From: Craspedostauros australis
Lineage: Eukaryota
Assembly (NCBI GenBank): GCA_030167865.1
Contig: JALAGF010006036.1
Coordinates: 1 to 40,287, forward strand
Reading direction: 5' to 3'
Length of the DNA: 40,287 nt
A program made the position numbers and the translations under genes. Of this stretch, positions 1 to 11,184 are shown piece by piece. The first letter of the stretch is position 1, and the number at the start of each line of letters is the position of its first letter. The notes below the pieces were generated by a model. The model ran no database searches. It was not told where the DNA came from and was given only the letters and a program-made list of their open reading frames with translations.

Positions 1-167
1 CATTTGCCGTCAGCGATTGGGTGGACAGAGATCTTATCCTGATCACCGACGTGCCTTCGGACCTCAATGCCGCGGACGTGTGCACCAAACAGACGCCTGT
101 GGTTCTGTTCTATCGGCATACGGATCTGCTCATGGGACGCATACCGCCTTTCTACGTACAGCCATGA
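1..167 (+). mobile_element. 3' end of a Ty1/copia pol (RNase H C-terminus), truncated by the window edge
   Basis: Frame 3 (not in the ORF track) reads FAVSDWVDRDLILITDVPSDLNAADVCTKQTPVVLFYRHTDLLMGRIPPFYVQP* with TGA at 165-167. This matches the copia RNase H end motif N-x-AD-x-x-TK and is followed by a PPT and a TG-start LTR. Confidence 0.85.
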
Positions 168-243
168 GTGCTCCCCATGGAGTGTGGTGATCCCTGTCTT
201 CTCTACGACAGAGTCGATTATTTCCGCTAGCTTACGCCAGCGT

Positions 244-403
244 GGGGGGGGGGTGTTGGCATCCGTACACCCGTACGATGACAGACGTCATCAGCAGCAG
301 CAGCAGCGAACACAACAAAAGTCATCACCACTCTGTGGCCATAAATCCATCATTAGCACCAAAACACACACATCACACTCTCACGATACTGACAGACACA
401 ACA
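244..403 (+). repeat. Polypurine tract (G10, 244-253) and probable 3' LTR of the left-edge copia element
   Basis: The G run is followed directly by TGTTGGC at 254. Candidate CA ends are at 394 (TACTGACA) and 403 (CAACA, an inverted match to TGTTG). The right end is uncertain because the partner LTR is outside the window. Confidence 0.6.
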
Positions 404-947
404 AGGAGACAAAGGATGCTGTTGCCTCCGATGCGATTTGGCGACCTTTGAAGTTGGTGATTGCCGACGACTTCTTCGTTGGTTGGGGCTGTGCTGACGT
501 GATGATTTCTCGCGTGTTCTCATTGTGGGGCTTCGCACAATTGCGCACATCGCCAGAACTTCAATTTGTTCGCGTGTCTCTGTGTTCTGCGAGAAGAAAT
601 AAGGGCCTTTGTAAGTACTTTTTCGAGTTGTGACCATGACCCTGCGGAGACGAATCGGGGAGAACCGGCCATGGGCAACTGCATCTGATGTAAAAGGCTG
701 TGCTCCGGCGAGCAGCTTCCTTCCATCTGCGCATGGCGAAGCAGAGGAGTGCTCCCGAGTACTCTATGATGATGTATTAGATGGCATTCTCATAATACAC
801 CATTCTATTGCAGTATGTAATGTTACACTACATTGTTGTAAGTACATCTGTCAACTGCGCACTCAAGAGCTGATTTGTCGATGGCCAATGACTGCCCGAT
901 GATGGTTGTTCACACGGGAGATCTGAGACTGGCATCGGACACTACGA

Positions 948-2183
948 CTACTTGTGCCGGATGTAGGCCAGCGTATCCTCCTTGGAGGTTTGCTCTGCGT
1001 TAAACCTGCTGTGAAGTGGATACCCCGTGATGATCTTCTCCTGATACCACTCCATCGTGATCTGCTGCAAGACGGCCTGATCACAAACGGTGTGGTTCGA
1101 CTGCAGCATGCGGCGGTTCATCTCCTTCACCAACGGGATGACGATCGACCGATGTCCGCCGATGATGCCGGCGTTCACGAAGAGGTGGAAGTCGAACGGC
1201 TTGCCGAGACATTTCATCGTGGTGTCTCTTTGCCATCCCAAACCCAGCTTGTTCGGTTCGAATTCGCTGCCGACGAACAGATGGTGCTTGCCCTCCGTCA
1301 ACTTGTCCATCTCGATCATGTATCGGAACGGGTTGCGGTAGATCATGACGTCTTGCACATCTGTGAGCAGGATGTAGTCCATGTGTTCATCGTGCTTCTT
1401 GTCTCCCTTCGACTCCGCCTCAATTCGCTTGTCGAGATAATCCTCGATGAAGAAGAAGCGCTGATTGTTCAGGGACTGGTTGGCACACTTTTGGAACACC
1501 GGACCCTCCAGGTCCACTTGGACGAAGCTTATGGCATCTGTCGTGCGTTCTTTCACGAACTGCTCGCCGTACATGGAGTTCAAGATGACCCCTTGGACGT
1601 CCGTGTGCTGACTCACGGATTTGTACCACGGATTGATGAACTTCGTCTTTGCCTGGCGCTGTACATGGAGTTGGTGCGTGTCCTCCTTGTGGTTGAATAT
1701 GCCCACGATGGCGGTTCCGGGGTATCTCTGTTCTTCTTTCTTCTCTTCCTGCTTCTCGTCTTTGGCTACGACTACGACTTCTGGCACCGGCACTGGCGGC
1801 GGAGGTGGCGGCGTCTCTGCTTTGCGTGCAACGGACTCGGTCAGCCTGGAGAGCTGAGACTGCGCGTCCGTCTGAAACTGCTGCAGCAGGCTCTTCAGCG
1901 ATCCGCATTGCTGCAGAACTCGCGTTTCCATCTCCTTTTGCTGTTCCTGTTGTTGCTGCTGGTGCTGCAAATGTTGCTTTTGCAGTTCCAGGAGTAGGAC
2001 CTGCTGCGCATCCTGTCTGACATCTTTCGCATCGTAACTCTGGTATGATGAAATCTGCATCAAGAGCTGGACGAGGACGATCGTCAACACCGCCAATACC
2101 ATCACCACCTTCCCCTGCACACCCAAATTGCGAGGCGCTCGCGCAGTCTTCGGCAGGCCTGCCGTGTGTACGAAATTGGACAT
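948..2183 (-). CDS. Putative type II membrane GT-A glycosyltransferase-like protein, paralog 1 (411 aa from first ATG)
   Basis: N-terminal hydrophobic anchor (VVMVLAVLTIVLVQLLM) and a Q/P-rich stem. The catalytic-like domain has YILLTDVQDV, FVGSE, NAGIIGG and CDQ motifs, resembling the lysyl-hydroxylase (PLOD) glycosyltransferase domain. Strongly similar to 3711-4790 and 20439-21653. Confidence 0.8.
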   Translation of the reverse strand: MSNFVHTAGLPKTARAPRNLGVQGKVVMVLAVLTIVLVQLLMQISSYQSYDAKDVRQDAQQVLLLELQKQHLQHQQQQQEQQKEMETRVLQQCGSLKSLLQQFQTDAQSQLSRLTESVARKAETPPPPPPVPVPEVVVVAKDEKQEEKKEEQRYPGTAIVGIFNHKEDTHQLHVQRQAKTKFINPWYKSVSQHTDVQGVILNSMYGEQFVKERTTDAISFVQVDLEGPVFQKCANQSLNNQRFFFIEDYLDKRIEAESKGDKKHDEHMDYILLTDVQDVMIYRNPFRYMIEMDKLTEGKHHLFVGSEFEPNKLGLGWQRDTTMKCLGKPFDFHLFVNAGIIGGHRSIVIPLVKEMNRRMLQSNHTVCDQAVLQQITMEWYQEKIITGYPLHSRFNAEQTSKEDTLAYIRHK

Positions 2184-2185
2184 GG

Positions 2186-2208
2186 TTCTCTCTCTCTCTC
2201 TCTCTCTC
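2186..2208. repeat. (CT)n microsatellite immediately upstream of paralog 1 ATG
   Basis: Visible tctctc... run. Confidence 0.9.
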
Positions 2209-3710
2209 GAAGTGGATCCTGGAATGCTCGTTGTGCTTTTTGTGACCTCTCGCTGGTCGTCTCTCACAATCCGCATCGGTCATAATAATGATGGCACCAG
2301 CCTCCTCAGCGACCAGAATCGCGGTGATGCTTGGAAAACTTTGCCCACGATTTTGGCGCCGATGCCCACCACGGAAAAACTTGTTGCGCTCAGACGTCAC
2401 GCATCAGAACGACGACGACAGCAAATTCACTGCTTGCGTGTGTTCACGTGATTCATTGCCACCAGGGTGACGGAACCAATCGCCTGCCAATCAAATCTCT
2501 CAATATGCACGACTTGTTTATTCGCCACCGACATCTGCGATTGTGAACAAAGCAGAATGAGAGTTGGAATTCGCGTGTTGTCGCCATACGATCCGGAGAA
2601 CTGCCGGTTTCAGAGAGACCGTTTGATGCAGTTCAAGAGAGGTGAACTTGTTGAAGATGTGTTACTGTAACGATGAGTAGAGTAGTTCTGTTTGTACTAA
2701 TCTTGGCTTGTGATACTTTGAGTTAGTTAGTAGTCTTGGTAGGATGAAGAAACGATGCCACACAGTTGATACGGCTCTGCACTGATCCACATGGTTCAGT
2801 GTTGAGGGTGGGCATTGCTCCTTGCTCTTGTTCATCTCTCTGTGTGCTGTTGCTTGTAGTGTAGAGCATAACAGCTCAGCACTTTATTGAAGTTGAGACA
2901 AAGATGCAGCAGCAGTTGTGGTTGGAATTCACCATCGGATTCCCTGCTTGGGTTGAAGTAGGTTGGATATCCATGCTGTGACTGTAACAACAAGGTGGTT
3001 GTCATAGTCAAAGAGGGAATTGAGACAAGTTGCAGTTAGTAAGATCTGAGGAGCATAGTTCCAAGGACAACTGGAATCGGGTTGATCATGGCATTGAGTC
3101 AGCAATGGCTCGTGAATGAAAGAGGAGGGGAAAAGAAGAAAGGGGGGTGTTGCGTTCGTTGAAGTCGGAAAGTTACGCGCGAATAGTGAATTTCAAGCAT
3201 CGGCGAGGGACACCATAATTGGGAGGTAGCCTGTCCCTAATTGAAGTTCAACTATGAGAAAAATAGTGTCCCAAGATGTTTCCACAGTTTCTCAGAAGCA
3301 CGTTTCAACCTGTCTCCGAAGTCGCACCTTGCGGAACGAGGAACACCCAGTTGAGTCCAATGGATCAAGAATATGATTCACGGATTGTCAGTCCGGCAAT
3401 GTCACTGGGACAAACTCTGGAGGCTGCTTGGACACAAACCAAGCACCTGTGTTCCAAGTTCGCCAGGACGCACTTCAGCGGCTGGCGCAACTTGATCCAG
3501 GTCCGATACGACCCACAAAACGGAGCATGGTCTATGAGTACATCTGACACACGGTACTTCTTCTGATGCCATACGCTATGCACGAGTGAGTACGGCAAGA
3601 CTCCACCAGTCGGATGATCATTTCTCTCTAGAGAGAGTATTGGGTTGAGCACAGATCTCCTCCCTTACATGCCTAACCAGCATGTGGCATGTTTTGCGCC
3701 ACCATGCATC

Positions 3711-4790
3711 CTATTTGTGCCGAATGTACGCCAACGTGTCGTCTTCGGCCCGCTGCTCCTTCTTGAAACGGCTGTTCCACGGATATCCCGTGATGATCCT
3801 CTCCTCGTACCACTCCATCGCGATCTGCTGCATGACGGCCTGATCGCAAACGGTGTGATTCGCCACCATCATGCGGCGGTTCATCTCCTTGACGAGAGGG
3901 ATGACGATGGAGCGATGCCCTCCGATGATGCCGGCGTTGAGCACCTCACGATATAAGAAGGGCTTTCGGAAACAGCGTTTCCAGTTGTTGTTCTGCCATC
4001 TCAAACCGTCCTTCCATGGCTCGAATTCGCTACCGACGAAGAGGTGATGGGTGCCCTGCGTCAGCTTGTCCATCTCGGCCATGAACTTGAACGGATTGCG
4101 ATGGAAGGTGACATCTTGGGCATCGGTGAGGAGGATGTACTCCAGCTCTTCGTCTTGTCCCGATGCCTTGGCTGCTTCCGCCTCGACGCGTTTGTCCAGG
4201 TAGTCCTCGATCACGTAGAAGCGTTGGTTGTTGAGGGATTGGTTGGCACCCCTGAGGTAGGCCGCGCTGTTGAAGTCGACGTTGATGAATTCAATGTGGT
4301 CCGTGGTGTACAGTTTGATGTCGCTCTCGTCGTACATGGTATTGAAGACGATGCCATGGATTTCAGGGTATTTCTTGACAGATTCGTGCCATGATTGGAT
4401 GGACTTGTACTCGACCTTCCGCTTCGCACCGCGCATGTGGGTGTCATTCTGGTGGTTGAAGGCCGCGATGATGGAAATCCCGGCATACGTCGTTTCTGCC
4501 GGTGTTGCTGCCTCCGCGATGGCAGGCAGGGGCGCTGGCTTCCCGTTCGCGATCGCCGCCGTCAAGTTCCACAACTGCCACTGAGCCTCGTTGTGCTGCT
4601 TCTGGATCAGAGTCTTGATCTCCTCGTACTGCTTCTGCTCTTGGGCCGACTGCGGTCGCGCGGACAGCTGGAGGAAGGCGAAGGCAATCACCAGAAGCAC
4701 CGCCATGTAGCTCTTCTGCGTGCTCGTGCCGCCTGCGGGGGATGGCGCGATTGCAGAACCTCGTGCGGCTGTTAATTTCGTTGTGGTCAT
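3711..4790 (-). CDS. Putative type II membrane GT-A glycosyltransferase-like protein, paralog 2 (359 aa)
   Basis: TM anchor YMAVLLVIAFAFLQL; motifs YILLTDAQDV, HHLFVGSE, NAGIIGG, CDQ; ends TLAYIRHK like paralog 1. Confidence 0.8.
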   Translation of the reverse strand: MTTTKLTAARGSAIAPSPAGGTSTQKSYMAVLLVIAFAFLQLSARPQSAQEQKQYEEIKTLIQKQHNEAQWQLWNLTAAIANGKPAPLPAIAEAATPAETTYAGISIIAAFNHQNDTHMRGAKRKVEYKSIQSWHESVKKYPEIHGIVFNTMYDESDIKLYTTDHIEFINVDFNSAAYLRGANQSLNNQRFYVIEDYLDKRVEAEAAKASGQDEELEYILLTDAQDVTFHRNPFKFMAEMDKLTQGTHHLFVGSEFEPWKDGLRWQNNNWKRCFRKPFLYREVLNAGIIGGHRSIVIPLVKEMNRRMMVANHTVCDQAVMQQIAMEWYEERIITGYPWNSRFKKEQRAEDDTLAYIRHK

Positions 4791-5639
4791 GGTGAAACGG
4801 CTCGTTTTCTTCTATAAGACCCTGATGCAGATAAACCCATAAGTAGCCATCGAGAGCCGTTAAAGACGTTAAATCACGTTTTAGCGTATAAACCACCCAC
4901 CCCTATAGAATAAAGTGAGAAACTAACTATGGTGTCAGTCTGGGCTTCCAGATCGGGGTGGTTGCAAAGATATAGATGCTTAAACCTCGGATGGCATCTA
5001 CGGGGTAGAGGCGTACGCAAGCGCAGACGGATAGTTTTGCTAGGGTTCCGACCGTGAGGTTTGCGTGTTGCCGTCGCGTTGGTGGGGTTTCCAATGTTTT
5101 GGGGGACCCTATGCGCAAGATGTGATCGTTTGTTCCTTCGGAGATTGCATTGCTATTAGTATTTGGCTTGCTATCAGACGACAGCGATGTGGTTCTATAN
5201 GGCGTGCAGTCGTATTGTGACGGAGTGCTGTACGNGGCCAGTCTCCNGTATCATGTTTGCATTCTTTTCTTCCTCCCTGCTTCCCTTTCGCGACGTGTTG
5301 AGGCCCATCGCATCGCTGGCATATGCTTATCCCGTGGGACTTCACCAACCACTACCAACAGTAATAGGTGATATNNNNNNNNNNNNNNNNNNNNNNNNNN
5401 NNNNNNNNNNNNNNNNNNNNNNNNTTGGCTTGCTATCAGACGACAGCGATGTGGTTCTATACGGCGTGCAGTCGTATTGTGACGGAGTGCTGTACGGGGC
5501 CAGTCTCCAGTATCATGTTTGCATTCTTTTCTTCCTCCCTGCTTCCCTTTCGCGACGTGTTGAGGCCCATCGCATCGCTGGCATATGCTTATCCCGTGGG
5601 ACTTCACCAACCACTACCAACAGTAATAGGTGATATGGT

Positions 5640-8600
5640 GTGGGTCTACTTTCATCCTCTTTCATAATGACAGCAACCCCAACACAGCAAACAAACGAAA
5701 ACACTAGTAAACCAAAAAGAGAACACCAATCAACAATCCTCCAGTACGAATTCTACACGCTCAACCAGTAGGAAGAGAAAACGAAAGATCGACAATGGTG
5801 ACCAACAATGACCCAACTTCAAGATCTCTCAACGGCGATGAGAGGAATTCCCAGGACAAGGAGGCAACAGCGACAGACATAGGAAAGCCCAAGCCTCCTC
5901 CAGAGCCGGATCCGAAGCTCAACGAGTACGAAACAATCACACTACAAGGAAAAGTATCCACCAAGGTGAGAGAGCCCAAAACCAACNNNNNNNNNNNNNN
6001 NNNNNNNNNNNNNNNNNNNNNNNNNNNNNNGTTCAAGGAATATGAGGTCTTTGGAGAACAACGGCACCACAGGCACGACCAGTTGAAGAGCACGCTGTCC
6101 AACAAAGTGCAGTGAGAAGGTGGCAAAGTCAGTACAGTGTCAGCAGGAGTGCTGAATGTGCTGGAGTTGGCAAAGCTTTCCCAACGAGTGATGCATGACA
6201 GAAAAATCAATGTTGGAGTGGCCAAAGTGGCATCGGACGATCTACAAAGAGTCCAGATCAAGCAACTGCTAGCGAACTTGTCACAAACTGATCCCAGACG
6301 ATGCTTCCAACACACCATCCACTACAACCTCATCACACTTGTCAAAGCTTAAACTCTGTGCCAAACATCCATCACTGCCCACTCAGTCAATCCCAATGCA
6401 AAAGGAAAAGCCTGTTTTGCCAACAACATCGGAAAATCCACAGCAACAGAGGAAGAGAGAAGCCAGGACAAGGTGCAAGGATAGACGACAGCAGAGGCCA
6501 GAACAGAAGCACGAATGGCAACACCTCGACGCTGGTACAAAAAGAGGTTTAGCATGCAGCTCAGCATCAACAAGGGATCCAGTATGCCTAGAAAAGACTT
6601 CCAGGCAAGGTTCAAGCTACGGTCTGACAAGGAACTCGCACAAGGCCCAAAGCTAGTCATCTACCTGTGGTACAAGAGGCACAAGGAAACAGGAACCATC
6701 AAAACAACAGATGGCATCCCCCCTCCCCCAAGACTGGAACCAGTTCAAGAAATTTGCGTGTTGGGCCAAGCCAACTGCCAAAGACCCAAATGTGTACANG
6801 CAATTGAGCATGGGATCCAACGTCAACATGGAGGCCTTCACAAGCAGGTGCATGGAGATGGAAGGAGTGTATGCTGAAAGTGAATATTCCTGCATTCGGG
6901 ACCTCCACGAAGCAGAGAACATCTTGGAGATTGGGGTATCTTGCATACTCAGGGAACTTCATGAAAGCTAAGCAGACACTGGCAATCATCAACGGACTCC
7001 TTGACGATATGGATGCCAAGGTAAAGGTGGCGGAAGAGTCAAATTCATGGGAGCAGTCTCAGACAAAACAAGAGACCAACACAGGAAGAGCGGAGGCACT
7101 TGGACCAACATGCTGTGGGTGGCACTGCACTTGCACGCCAACACAGGTAAAGCACGATGGGTGACCAAAGCACTTGGACAAGTATTCAACACAAAGAACT
7201 CCAACCAAGGATATCTGAACTACCAGTATGTGCCTAACTCAGGCATGTCCACAATGGTGGCAGCCACCACAGAGAAGCTCCAAGTCATGGCAAGAAAGCA
7301 CAGAAGCTACATTTGGCAGCTGTGCCAACTTCGACTGGACAGGGACTTCCAATTGGACATGCTGGACGGCCGCTATGGAACGACCACTCTTGGGCAGTTC
7401 TTGGCAACACAAGTCACTCCAGAAGGCAACCCATACATCCATGACGTTCAAACAACGCACATGTTGGATGGAGACAAGGATGCCATCCACATAGTGGCTT
7501 TCGAAGACCGTTTCGACCAAGCACGGGCCATCATCAACTCGATCACAGTTCTGTGCTGCACAGAAATAAACTTGTTCACAGACGAGTGGTTCTCTGACAA
7601 AATCATTGACATGATCAGAGGCTACGCCAAGGAAGAAGGCAGGGACGGCTATATGGACAAGGAAGTTGAAGGGTTCCTAGGCTTCATCATGGATGAGGAC
7701 ATGGGCGTGGTGGTCCTTGAGGGGATGTAAGGCATGGAAGACGATATGGTGGCAACAAAACAGGAATGCGAGGGCGGTCCTCCAGACCGGCCAAAAAAGA
7801 AGAAGCTGGATGATGAGAGCTTCTGCACGTTCATCACAGAATGCGGGAAGCCACTTACGTCTACAGTATATAGTGTGGCAACTTCAACAGAGGGCATGAA
7901 TGGTGAGGGAACAGAGACAGAGCATGCAATCTGGGNNNNNNNNNNNNNNNNNNNNNNNNNNNNNNNNNNNNNNNNNNNNNNNNNNNNNNNNNNNNNNNNN
8001 NNNNNNNNNNNNNTGCAACAAGAAAACAGTGGAGGAACAACAACAACAACAACTTATCGAGCACGAACGTATCATCAAGGAGCTCCAAGCACAGCACACC
8101 AAAGCTGCGCCCAAGGACTCCAACCCTCTTGCCTCAAGCACAGGCAGGGGGCAAGGCTCTGAATAGCGCAAGGCTGGGGGTAGGCAAAGCACCAATAACC
8201 GCCCCTGCAAGCCCAACATATGCACAAGTGGAGGTAGTGGGTCNNNNNNNNNNNNNNNNNNNNNNNNNNNNNNNNNNNNACAACCCACATGACAAAGGGA
8301 GCCACACAACATGGCTTGGCGCACTGAACATTGGATGTCTCCCTGTGGAAGCTGGACACTGGAAGAAAAGAGAATTATGGCAACAGATCAAAACGCAAAA
8401 AATGGACATATCTCTGCTCTCCGAGCTTGGGCTGAACTGGGCAAACGTTCTGTGCCAGTACTCCTGGCAAATGTTGACGAAAGGCCACTTCAGCTCTAGC
8501 CGCCATGTAAAGGCGCACAGCACACATAAAACCGTCAGGCCAATACGTCAGTGTGTGTGTGAGGGGGACTACACCGACATCACACATGGCTAGCCCTGCA

Positions 8601-11184
8601 CACCACCATCTCCAGGACGTTGGAGTACCCTCTGGCGAGCTCCACGTTCACCAAGGAAGAGGCAGAGCACATCATGAGGCCAATGCTTCAAGTGGCACTG
8701 CCTGCAGCTGAGATACAATGCAACGTGTTGAGGAAACTGGTTTTTGGGCCACAGCAGTGTCTTGGAGTGGGGTCAAGCATCTCTACCTGGCACAAGTCAC
8801 AAAGCATGTGGGAGAAATAGCCAAACACTGGGGAAGTCTCTCAGTCACTGGGAAGCTCATGAGGAATGCAATGAGCTTGGTGAAGCTTCAAGCAGAGATG
8901 ATGCAGGTCATGCAGCAGGATCCAGCAAAGTGGGCCAACATGGTGCAGCAACAATGCAGCAGTGAATCTCTGCAGGATGTCAAAGTAGATGCTGTGGTTA
9001 TCAGACACCATATCAGTTCAAGGAGATTGATTACATGAGGAACCAACCAGTCCTGGCCTCATCCCCTTGTGAAGCAGCATGATCAAGTGGCTGGAAGTCG
9101 GGCAATTGACCCAGCAGGATTGGGCTCAATGGAAGCAAGCAATCATCATGCAATACCCGGCGAGCAGGGCGCGAGAGAGGCGACTGCGGTTGCCATTGGG
9201 ACCATGGCAAAGGTTTACATCGCTCCAACCAGACTACCAGTGGGAACCAGAAACCAAAAGACTCACCTGCCATGGACAAGAAGGTGTCCACTACAGGTGA
9301 ACTTTGCGGCGAAGATGGCAGAGGGAGTATCACGAGGTGCAGGAGCTATCGACAGCAGTTCTCACCTTGTGGATGGCTACGAGTATCATGAAAAAAAAAT
9401 GGTAACACGGACAGGAAAGGAAGGTCCAAGGCTGGCAGCTGCGATGGCGGCTTCGGCAGCCCCAGGGATACAAGTCCTGCCAGAGTCAGCGGCATGGGCG
9501 ACTGAGATACTCACATTCATGGGAGCAGAGTCAACTCTANNNNNNNNNNNNNNNNNNNNNNNNNNNNNNNNNNNNNNNNNNNNNNNNNNCCCAGGGATAC
9601 AAGTCCTGCCAGAGTCAGCGGCATGGGCGACTGAGATACTCACATTCATGGGAGCAGAGTCAACTCTAGCTCACGTGGCAAGGGCTGGCAAGCTCAGAGC
9701 GTGCAGTGATAGTCGGTTGCGCTGGGAAACAGGGCGGCCGGGGCAGGCATGGTCGGAGAGCATGAAGGGTTGACAGCGAGAGCCTGGATGGCGTGTCAAG
9801 CGCCGCGCGGCAGCGATGTCATGCAGTCACATCGAGCAGAACTCGCAGATTTGTACAGCGTGGTGACAACCGTTGCAGCGCTGCGCGCAGCTCACAATGT
9901 ACTTGAAGGGAAGATCACCATCGGATGCGACAACATCGGGGCTCTCAGAGCCCTAGATCCGGAGTGGCAGCTATTACCATGGTAGTCTGATGCCAATCTT
10001 CAACGAGCAGTGCGGAAGAAGGCCAATCAACTGCCATTGCAAGTTGTGGGTGTCTATGTCAAAGAGCATCAGGATGATGGCAAGGCATGAGAAGATCTGG
10101 ATGAGTTGGAACGGCTCAATGTGGAAGCCGATGAACTGGCAGGAGCGTGCCAGCGCACCACGCAAGGTCGAGCGCCGTACGACGGGATCATAGCAGGAGA
10201 AGGGGTGTCCCTCAGGTGGGGCACCAAGATAATCTCTGTGCGATGTTCTCATATCGCGGAGGAAAGTCTGGCCTGCGACAATCTTGACGTACTCTGGCAG
10301 AGGAAAGTGATACGCGATGCGAAGCAAATCGAGTGGACAGCGGTGGATAAGGCAATCGGAGGTCTGGGACGAACGAAGGCCATGATGACTTTACATTGGT
10401 GGTAGGCGAGGCTGCATTTGGGAGGCGCATGCTCCAGTGGGGTCACTGTCTGTCCCATGTGTGCCCTAGCTGCGGCCATGAAGAAACCGTGGAACACTTT
10501 TGGACCTGCAAGGCCGACAGTCGGCGCCAAATCGCGTAACAAGGAGTGCAAGGCATGCGGAAATGGATGCTGAAGTACCCCTCCAACCCATGGCTGGCGA
10601 GGGCAGTAACATCTCTGCTACGCAGTCATGCTGACAGCAGTGCATACCTCCTGGCCCTGGACGAAGCACCAGACATAAAGGACACCACACAATGACAGCT
10701 AGCAGTGGGGACGTGGGCACTACGGTTTGGACTATTAAGCACGAAGTGGGTGGAACTGCAGGCGCTCTTCCTCACGTTGCAAGGATCCTGCCAACCGAAT
10801 GCCAATTGGGACACGGAGGTTATACAGAGAGTATGGCGCGCCGCATGGAATCAATGGTTCTCGAACAATGAAGATATGCATACGAATCAAGCCTCTGTGG
10901 AAGGATCCATGATGTTGGCCATGACAACAACACACACAGCCACGCCAAATCTACGTATCCAGGCTGCCAAGGTCCCGCATCGGGTCTGGTGGTATGGATG
11001 GAGTAGGCAGCAGCCATACTACAGGTGACCTGTTGCTGGTGGGACATTGTACAAGTGGATGAAGGTGGCCGCGGCCAATGGCTTCCGGACCGCACAGGGG
11101 CGGTCAACACAGGCGCCAGCACAAAATTCAGGAACGCAACAGACCCGAGTCCGTGCCCCCTTCGCATGCCACGCGAAGTTAAAA
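5640..11184 (+). mobile_element. Decayed non-LTR retrotransposon (Ambal-like LINE) nested in the TIR element; boundaries approximate
   Basis: Fragmented ORF1-like frames at 5795-8162. ORF2 remnants: APE N-terminus (LNIGCLP...SELGLNW, ~8310-8520), post-RT region (TWLALHTTISRTLEYPL...LVFGP, ~8585-8820) and RNase H (CSDS...SHRAEL...GCDN...VKEHQD...LNVEADELA, ~9690-10150). A Zn-knuckle remnant (CPMC...EETVEHFWTC, ~10450-10510) and a W-rich C-terminus follow. Confidence 0.8.
8300..10890 (+). pseudogene. LINE ORF2 pseudogene (APE fragment, thumb, RNase H, Zn knuckle); RT core deleted
   Basis: Motifs are spread over several frames with stops. The APE N-terminus joins the post-RT region directly at ~8550-8565. 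Confidence 0.75.

Noticed and set aside
954..1997. 347-aa + strand ORF
   Set aside because: Antisense shadow of paralog 1, caused by codon bias; the equivalent frames are broken in paralogs 2 and 3
4930..5040. Minus-strand RRCHPRFKHLYLCNHP, reminiscent of a piggyBac Cys-rich tail
   Set aside because: Too few Cys/His residues, no DDD core seen, and the termini lack TTAA
5163..5635. ~210-bp direct repeat either side of an N gap
   Set aside because: Near-identical copies abut the gap, typical of an unmerged contig overlap rather than a real repeat or LTR
9460..9669. ~80-bp direct repeat either side of an N gap
   Set aside because: Same scaffolding-artefact pattern
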